In this document: positions 1-6,155 of the stretch, one piece after another
Position numbering within the stretch: the stretch's first letter is position 1
Layout of the letters: every line of letters begins with the position of its first letter
DNA from: Planctomycetota bacterium
GTDB lineage: Bacteria > Planctomycetota > GCA-002687715 > DRQF01
DNA: 18,736 bases
Reading direction: 5' to 3'
Assembly (NCBI GenBank): GCA_036479435.1
Contig: JAZGFI010000108.1
Coordinates: 1 to 18,736, forward strand
Translations under genes and position numbers: made by a program
Notes under the pieces: model-generated
Seen by the model: only the letters and a program-made list of their open reading frames with translations
The model's database searches: none
Told to the model about the DNA's origin: nothing

Positions 1-2
1 GG

Positions 3-170
3 CTGTGGGTGGAGAAGGCCAAGACCCAAGGCCCCGGAGGGGCCTTGGCAGAAAGTGAGCGCGAAGAGCTTCTTCGGCTTCGCCGAGAGAACAAACGACT
101 GCGTGAAGAGAGATCATTTCTAAAAAAAACGAGTGCCTACTTCGCGAAGGCCTCGGACAGTTCGAAGTGA
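3..170 (+). CDS. IS3-family transposase OrfA, C-terminal part (5' truncated by the window)
   Basis: Frame 3 reads LWVEKAKTQGPGGALAESEREELLRLRRENKRLREERSFLKKTSAYFAKASDSSK*, with the typical OrfA coiled coil followed by an LKK..AYFA motif. Stop TGA at 168-170. Confidence 0.9.
   Translation: MWVEKAKTQGPGGALAESEREELLRLRRENKRLREERSFLKKTSAYFAKASDSSK
122..154 (+). promoter_or_regulatory. Programmed -1 ribosomal frameshift signal (A8 run plus small downstream stem-loop)
   Basis: A8 at 122-129 is read A-AAA-AAA in the orfA frame, and the -1 frame is open from there into orfB (KNECLLREGLGQFEVMEK). A possible stem GAG-t-GCCT...AGGC-CTC lies at 131-154. Confidence 0.8.
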
Positions 171-1012
171 TGGAAAAACTAAGGTCGGAGTTCTCAGTAA
201 CGCGAATGAGTGATGTCCTCGAGATTTCGCGTCAAGCATTCTACGCTTGGCGTGAGCGTGGCAAGTCAGCACACGCCAAGAAGGACGAGGAACTCTCTGA
301 GCTCATCGTAAAGTCCTCGGCCACAAGCCGCGGGACCTACGGATGTCCACGAATTCAAGCCGACCTGATAGGCCTTGGAGAGCATGTGTCGAGAAAGCGC
401 ATAGCTCGTTTGATGTTAGAAAACAGGGTCAGCGGACGTGTAAAGCGAAAGTTCCGTGTGATCAAAGCTGATCCGAATGAGCTCGCGCCAGCTCCCAACG
501 AGCTTGACCGTGACTTCGCACGGGAGACGCCAAACTCAGCGTGGGTTTCCGACATCACTTACCTCTGGACTAGTGAAGGCTGGCTTTTTCTGTGCGTCGT
601 CATCGACTTGTTTTCAAGGCGAGTTGTTGGCTGGTCCATGGACGAAACTCAAGACACCGCGCTTGTATTGCGTTCGCTGGACATGGCCATCGCGCAAAGA
701 GGAAACCCTAGTGGCCTGCTCTTCCATTCCGATCGAGGCTGCCAGTACACCAGTGGCGATTTTCGCGATCACCTCAAGCTCAAGAAAATTGTGTGCAGCA
801 TGAGTCGGAAGGGAAACTGCTGGGACAACGCCTGTTCGGAGAGCTTCTTCGGAACTCTGAAGCAGGAACTCGTTCACACGGGGATTTGGAAAACTCGCGC
901 CGACCTGCGCAGCGCCGTCTATGAATATATCGAGGTTTTTTACAATCGAAACCGGAGGCACTCTTCGTTGGGGTTTGTATCACCAGCAAAGTTTGAAGAG
1001 GATGCCGCATAA
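167..1012 (+). CDS. IS3-family transposase OrfB (HTH plus rve integrase core)
   Basis: Motifs YGCPRI, WVSDITY (D), FHSDRGCQY (D), GNCWDNACSESFFGTLKQE (E) and YNRNRRHSSLGFVSP. Confidence 0.95.
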   Translation: MMEKLRSEFSVTRMSDVLEISRQAFYAWRERGKSAHAKKDEELSELIVKSSATSRGTYGCPRIQADLIGLGEHVSRKRIARLMLENRVSGRVKRKFRVIKADPNELAPAPNELDRDFARETPNSAWVSDITYLWTSEGWLFLCVVIDLFSRRVVGWSMDETQDTALVLRSLDMAIAQRGNPSGLLFHSDRGCQYTSGDFRDHLKLKKIVCSMSRKGNCWDNACSESFFGTLKQELVHTGIWKTRADLRSAVYEYIEVFYNRNRRHSSLGFVSPAKFEEDAA

Positions 1013-1042
1013 TTTGGTGTCAACAAAAACGGGGCAAGGTCA
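1013..1042 (+). repeat. Right terminal inverted repeat of the IS3 element
   Basis: Begins right after the orfB stop and ends in CA at 1041-1042. The partner left repeat is outside the window, so the inner boundary is approximate. Confidence 0.75.
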
Positions 1043-1051
1043 TTGTGCCTG

Positions 1052-2482
1052 TTAAGCGCCGAGAACCTTGAAGGGCAGAGTTTCCGAAACGGAACCGAGG
1101 ATGAGGCCCGGAAGAGAGGCGGACACAAAGCCGATCCAAAAATCGAGGCCGATGAGGGCGGGGTCATTGGGGATGAAGAGGCTGCCGTTCACTTTGCCGC
1201 CGGCATTCAAGAATCCGCCTGGAAAGTTGAGGACTCCGTTGTTTGGCATCGTCGTGTAGCCAAACGCGAAAGTGCTCGTGTTCAGGTGGAGGGTCTGAGT
1301 ACCGAGAGTGACTCCGGGCGTGTCGAGTGTCGAAAGTGCGGCCAAGTAGGCATCGCCGCTCTCCTCGGGATCACACAGGGTGATCTGAATGAGCGCTCCC
1401 AGGCGTGGCTCACCACGAAGTCGAACGCGCGAAGTATCGAGGGGGCGCACTGCGTAGATGGTCTTCGTGGTGAAATCGGCGATGAGCAAGTCGCCGGTCG
1501 GCGCGAACTTGCAGTCGATGGCGTTCAAAAAGCCGTTTGCGATCAGGTGAATAGAAGCTCCGTAGCTCTGGTCAACTTGGCTTTGTGTGAGGTTGAACCG
1601 GGCGACGGAACCAGCTCCTCCTGCGAACAGGCAACAGTAAAGGTCGTTGCTGAAGCCACTCCATTGACTATCTATGTCAAAAGTCATGCCCGTAGGGGCA
1701 GCGTGGGCAGGGATTTCGAAAATGGGGTCTTCGGTGCCGGTGCTCGCAGCGGGGAATCCGTAGTAGTCCGGGTAGCCGTAGTCTAAACCCGCTTCGATGT
1801 AGTTGAGCTCATCCGGCGCGTTGGGATTGGTCAAAAGGGCGTTGGGGCCGTTGTCACCAGCCACCAACCCGAAGTTGCTTTTGAAGGCGAGGCCAAAAGC
1901 GTTGCGTACGCCGGTGGCGTGGACCGCTAAGTTGTTGCCATTTTGGTCGGCGGTCATGATGGTGGCCGACATCGGGTTGGTGTCGACAGTGTGATCGGTC
2001 TGTGTTCCAACCCCGAAAAACATGTTGCCGTTATCGTCAAACACGATTTGGTTGTTTTGATGATCGTTGGCCCAGGGCAAACCGGTGATGATATCGACCA
2101 CGACGTCACCCGTGCCGTCCAAGTCGGTGTCAATCAAGGTCGAGACTGTCGCGCGATGCGCGACGTAGAATTTTCCTTCGTAGAAGGTAATGCCGGTGCA
2201 GGGAGTCGTGAAATCGAGGGTGCCGTCGTAAAAAAGAACGGGGGTCACAGGCCCTGCAGTGTAGGGACCACTGAAGCGATAGACCTTGCCGGTGTAGGTG
2301 ATGCAGTAGACCTCACCCGCGTCGTCAACGGTGAGCCCCGTTGGAAAGTCGTCCAAGATAGTCGTCGCCTCGGTTAAGACGTAGCCGTCACGGGCCATTG
2401 GAGACTGAGCTGAGACAAGGTCCCACCCGGGCAGCAGGGCTAGAGCGATGGCTGCGAGAGTGATGAGGGAACGCTTAGACAT
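1052..2482 (-). CDS. Secreted PQQ-dependent sugar/sorbosone dehydrogenase-like beta-propeller protein with an extra C-terminal domain
   Basis: Start moved to ATG 2482, giving a signal peptide MSKRSLITLAAIALALL... with GGAAAG upstream. Family motifs: DTDLDGTGD, HQNNQIVF, ATGVRNAFGLAF, DELNYI..G.DYGYP and AHAAPTGMTF. Confidence 0.8.
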   Translation of the reverse strand: MSKRSLITLAAIALALLPGWDLVSAQSPMARDGYVLTEATTILDDFPTGLTVDDAGEVYCITYTGKVYRFSGPYTAGPVTPVLFYDGTLDFTTPCTGITFYEGKFYVAHRATVSTLIDTDLDGTGDVVVDIITGLPWANDHQNNQIVFDDNGNMFFGVGTQTDHTVDTNPMSATIMTADQNGNNLAVHATGVRNAFGLAFKSNFGLVAGDNGPNALLTNPNAPDELNYIEAGLDYGYPDYYGFPAASTGTEDPIFEIPAHAAPTGMTFDIDSQWSGFSNDLYCCLFAGGAGSVARFNLTQSQVDQSYGASIHLIANGFLNAIDCKFAPTGDLLIADFTTKTIYAVRPLDTSRVRLRGEPRLGALIQITLCDPEESGDAYLAALSTLDTPGVTLGTQTLHLNTSTFAFGYTTMPNNGVLNFPGGFLNAGGKVNGSLFIPNDPALIGLDFWIGFVSASLPGLILGSVSETLPFKVLGA

Positions 2483-2576
2483 GGGCGATCTTTCCGTAGG
2501 CGGGCAAAACGGCGGCAGGACAGTCATACCGGCTTGAAGCTGGGGGCCAAGTCTGCCCCCGTCATCAACGAGGTGC

Positions 2577-2605
2577 ATCTTATGATCTCAGTCGATTCGT
2601 GGAAA
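2577..2605 (-). promoter_or_regulatory. Possible sigma70-type promoter for the beta-propeller gene
   Basis: Minus strand TTTCCA-17 bp-TAAGAT, about 95 bp upstream of the ATG at 2482. Each box matches consensus at 4/6. Confidence 0.35.
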
Positions 2606-2697
2606 GCGCAATCGACAGCTTTGGACCTTGTTTGAGGCTGGGCAAAAACAGGCAAACGCTTTAACAACAGTTCATTACGACGATTATGAGCGCTTTT

Positions 2698-5382
2698 TTA
2701 GGGGCTTTCGGCGGGTTTCCACTCGCTCCCTGGAGCGTGTCGAGAAGGCTGAAACCACAGTCGAATGCGGTCTAGTTCGACCATCTTGGCTTCACTGCCC
2801 GCGTCGGCCTTGGACTTTGCGATGATCTCGACGGCGAGTACTTGACTGAGATCCCCCGCTGTCCGCTCGATTTCGAAGACGGTTTTTCGAAGCCCTGAGC
2901 CGTGGTCGGCGTCCACAATCTTGGCATCGCCCCGATGCCGGCCGCCGCGGATCACCAGCTCAAGGCCGTCGCGACTAAAGGGCTCTTGGCCAACCAGGTG
3001 ACTAATCTCCAATCGGTAGCGACTCGCGGGCAAGCCCGGCCACTGCGTTGATACGAGAATCTTCTCCGCTGCCTGCGAGCGGTGCCGCAAGACGGCGACA
3101 TCGGGCACTTCCATGCGCCCGGCCTGGGGGAATTCCTTCGGTCCCCAGTGCAGAAGTTTGGTGTCGGACACCAGCAGCGCTGCGTGGTCGATGAGCCGCA
3201 ACTTGAGGTCGGCACGTTCCGAACTGCTCAGCGCTCGCTTCAATGAGAGGTTCAAGGCAATGGTGGTATCTGCGGGCACACTAAGAGCGCCGCTGTTGCC
3301 CACGACTACGTCGCCGACGATGGCCAAGACGGTGACGACTTGATCTTGCTGGTCATCGATGTTGATGAGGGCGCCCCGCACGATGCGGCCGTCGGTGGCC
3401 GGAGCCTCGCGAAACTGCACAAAAGCCTCTTCGACCCAGATCTCGGCGATAGCAAAGGCCGGGTTGTTGCGAGCGTGGTTCTTCCAGGATATCTGTAACT
3501 TCCCGGTGGCGCTAAGCGCCGCGGGGACGGCGATTCGCCGGTCGCCGAATTCACCCCAGGGGCTGATAGGGCCTGACACCATTTGGCCGTTGATGAACAT
3601 GCAGATGAGATAAGGGTCAGGAACATCGTGGCCCGCGAGAGCGCGAATGGAGGGGTAGCGCACTCGAATTTGAAGCGGCCGCTCTGGGTTCGGAATCTCC
3701 ACCTTGTAAGAGAGCATCGGTTCGGGGTCTTGGTTGAGACCGAACAAGACCGTGTGGCGTGGTGGAGTGAGTTGACGATGCCGTTGAATTCGAGGCGTCG
3801 CCAGGCCTCCGACTCCTTTTTGGTCGAACATCGGGTGGCCGCAGTCGAAGTACGCCACGACCCTGCCACGTTCGAATTTGGACTGTGAAATCGTATAGGT
3901 CGTCATGACGACTCCCCCGACCAAAAACGCCAGCCCCGCCGCGTTCAAGACCGCGGCCGCAGCGACAACGATTTTTAGGCGCGCTCCAAAGAGGCGATTG
4001 AGTCCAATGAGCCCGAGCGCGATCATCGGAATCAAAACCGGCAGCAGGTAGCGACCGCTGCGGGCGTAGTACTTCGTGTCCAAAAGCGCGAGGTTCAGGA
4101 TCAGCAAGCCAACGCCGAGAGCCGCCGCGGCCAAGGGCGGGCGATTTCGGGCACCAGTTCCAAATGGTGCCGACTCGTGACGTCGCCTCAGGAACACGAC
4201 GCCAAAGATGGCAAACACGATGAACGAGCTCGCCAAAACGTAGTACAGGCTGTGCGATTCCAAGCCATCGTTTCCAAAGCGCCCGAGCAAGGTGTTGATC
4301 ATGTCGGACGCGAAATCGAAACTGATGACCGGATGGTAGGACTCAAGCCTCAACAGATCTGGCCGGAAGTTGGCGTGATTCGCGCTTGAGATGGGGCTGC
4401 CTTGCAAATACACCTGTCGCAAGTGCCACCAAGCCGCGATGACGACGGGCCCGATCACGAGGATGGACGCGCTGGCGAAGCGCCGTTTCCAGGTTGTCTC
4501 GTCCGTGATACTTCGCGCCAGCAAGGTCACAAAGAAGGCAAAAGCGGCCATACCCAGGGTGTTGAGTTTGGTCAAAAATCCGAAGCCGAGGACGACGGAG
4601 ATCAGCGCGAGGCTCTTCCAGTTGTCGAGCTTGCCGTGGAATCGTGCACGCAGCACCAGCCAGCCCGTAAGAGCCGACAACCAAGTGACGAGGGGGTCGT
4701 TGCTCAAGGTCGAAAAATGCAAGGCGTAAAGCGGCAACAGGACGATGGCCGCCCAAGTCAGGACGGCGAGCCCAGGATTCGTCGGCAGCAGATAGCGGAT
4801 GGCAGCAAGCAAAAAGAACATCGTCCAGATGCCGAGCAAGACGCTCGGCAAGCGCAGAGCGTGGTTGACCCATGATCGAACCTGGGATGAATCGCGCAGC
4901 ATATCGTTGACGGATTCGGTGCGTTTGCCAACCGCGGTGTCCCAGCTTCCCGCCATCACCTCAAAGTCGTTGCCGTTCTCTACAGGGCGTTGACCGGGAT
5001 TGAAAGTCGTCTTGCGGCCCAAGATCTGAGACCAGTCTCTGCTTTCAAAGAAGTCGTCACCTAGACGGTCGTCGACCTTCAAGAGCAGCTTTAGCCATAC
5101 CGCCTCGAGAGCGTAGGCTAAGGGCGGATGATGGGCCTCAAGCACCGGATCGACATTGGGATCGGGCAGGGCCTTTTGGCTCATGATGTGGTGGGCGTAG
5201 TGAAAGTGATCGATCTCATCCGCGCCGCGGGGCCAGGGCACGACGAGCGACGACCAAAAACTTACCGCTCCGAGGACGATCGCCAAAAAGACTACCGCAA
5301 TCCAACGCTCGGGTCCCAAGGCCGAGCGTGCGGTCAGGGGAGTCTCGTCGACGCCGACGCTGCGGTGCATGCTGGTCTTCAT
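2698..5382 (-). CDS. Multi-pass GT-C-fold glycosyltransferase (DUF2142/PMT/ArnT-like) with a large C-terminal extracytoplasmic region
   Basis: TM1 is followed by PWPRGADEIDHFHY (DE motif) and EAHHPPLAY. Also LRLPS, SND, LTK, ..RYLLP and many hydrophobic segments. Start set to ATG 5382, which forms an ATGA overlap with the upstream stop. Confidence 0.8.
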   Translation of the reverse strand: MKTSMHRSVGVDETPLTARSALGPERWIAVVFLAIVLGAVSFWSSLVVPWPRGADEIDHFHYAHHIMSQKALPDPNVDPVLEAHHPPLAYALEAVWLKLLLKVDDRLGDDFFESRDWSQILGRKTTFNPGQRPVENGNDFEVMAGSWDTAVGKRTESVNDMLRDSSQVRSWVNHALRLPSVLLGIWTMFFLLAAIRYLLPTNPGLAVLTWAAIVLLPLYALHFSTLSNDPLVTWLSALTGWLVLRARFHGKLDNWKSLALISVVLGFGFLTKLNTLGMAAFAFFVTLLARSITDETTWKRRFASASILVIGPVVIAAWWHLRQVYLQGSPISSANHANFRPDLLRLESYHPVISFDFASDMINTLLGRFGNDGLESHSLYYVLASSFIVFAIFGVVFLRRRHESAPFGTGARNRPPLAAAALGVGLLILNLALLDTKYYARSGRYLLPVLIPMIALGLIGLNRLFGARLKIVVAAAAVLNAAGLAFLVGGVVMTTYTISQSKFERGRVVAYFDCGHPMFDQKGVGGLATPRIQRHRQLTPPRHTVLFGLNQDPEPMLSYKVEIPNPERPLQIRVRYPSIRALAGHDVPDPYLICMFINGQMVSGPISPWGEFGDRRIAVPAALSATGKLQISWKNHARNNPAFAIAEIWVEEAFVQFREAPATDGRIVRGALINIDDQQDQVVTVLAIVGDVVVGNSGALSVPADTTIALNLSLKRALSSSERADLKLRLIDHAALLVSDTKLLHWGPKEFPQAGRMEVPDVAVLRHRSQAAEKILVSTQWPGLPASRYRLEISHLVGQEPFSRDGLELVIRGGRHRGDAKIVDADHGSGLRKTVFEIERTAGDLSQVLAVEIIAKSKADAGSEAKMVELDRIRLWFQPSRHAPGSEWKPAESP

Positions 5383-6155
5383 GATGAGATTGGGTTCTTC
5401 TTGGCAGGCACTGGCTTTGGGGCCGGAATCGCTTGGAACCAGCTGGCCAGACGTTTGCGAAAGATGCAGCGGAACATCTTGCTCGCCGTCTTTGCGACGC
5501 TCCAAACGCCTCCGCTATGAGCGGATTCTCCGGCGGTGCGAGCGTGGTAGCTAACCGGAACTTCGATGACGCGTACTCCGTGGCGGTAGCATTCGCAGAT
5601 CATTTCTGGTGAGAAACCCGGCCCGGCCTCTTGCAAAAAGGGCGCAATTCGCTGGTAGGTGTCTCGCCAAATGGCGCGATAGGTACACCCGACATCGGTA
5701 AGCCGAGGTTCGTGCGGGATGTACCACAGCAGTTCCAATATCTTTGCGGCGAGGACATTGCCCCAACGCAGCACGAAACCCATGTTGGCACCCTGCTCGA
5801 CCATTTGTCTCGTCGTTCGGGTTCCGAGGATCATGCCACCTTCGCCGGTGTAGACGAGAAGCTTTTCTAAATCGTCAGCGATGAATGAGCCATCGGCTTC
5901 AGTGAGAATGATCAAATCCCCATCCGCCGCAACGATGCCAGCCCTCAAGGCATGGCCATATCCCGCCGCAGATTCGGTAACGACCAAAGCGCCCGCTTCA
6001 CGCGCCAGCTCGGCCGTCATATCGCGGCAGTTATTGTCGACGACAACGACTTGGTCCACGAAGTCATTGGCGGCGAAATCCCGTACGACCTCGGCGATCG
6101 TCCCTTCTTCGTTGTAGGCGGGCACAACGACGGAAACGCGATGATCGCGAAACAT
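5379..6155 (-). CDS. GT2 glycosyltransferase, polyprenol/dolichol-phosphate sugar synthase-like
   Basis: Motifs VVVPAYNEE, VVVDNN.RD.T, GYGHALRAG, TEADGS, GTR, LTDVGCTYRA and EVPVSY..R..GES. RBS GGAGGAG; TGATG overlap with the upstream gene. Confidence 0.92.
   Translation of the reverse strand: MFRDHRVSVVVPAYNEEGTIAEVVRDFAANDFVDQVVVVDNNCRDMTAELAREAGALVVTESAAGYGHALRAGIVAADGDLIILTEADGSFIADDLEKLLVYTGEGGMILGTRTTRQMVEQGANMGFVLRWGNVLAAKILELLWYIPHEPRLTDVGCTYRAIWRDTYQRIAPFLQEAGPGFSPEMICECYRHGVRVIEVPVSYHARTAGESAHSGGVWSVAKTASKMFRCIFRKRLASWFQAIPAPKPVPAKKNPISS

Larger units (their letters stand above)
1..1042 (+). mobile_element. IS3-family insertion sequence, left part outside the window
   Basis: orfA tail and orfB lie in -1 relative frames with an A8 slippery run. 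orfB has a DDE integrase core. The right end reads ...GGTGTCAACAAAAACGGGGCAAGGTCA (reverse complement TGACCTTGCCCC...), matching the IS3-type TG...CA terminus. Confidence 0.95.

Noticed and set aside
1043..1786. 247-aa plus-strand ORF starting right after the IS end
   Set aside because: Antisense to the beta-propeller gene, TTG start and no recognisable domain.
5383..5505. Longer N-terminus for the GT-C gene given in the ORF track
   Set aside because: It would overlap the GT2 gene by more than 120 bp. ATG 5382 gives a clean ATGA coupling.
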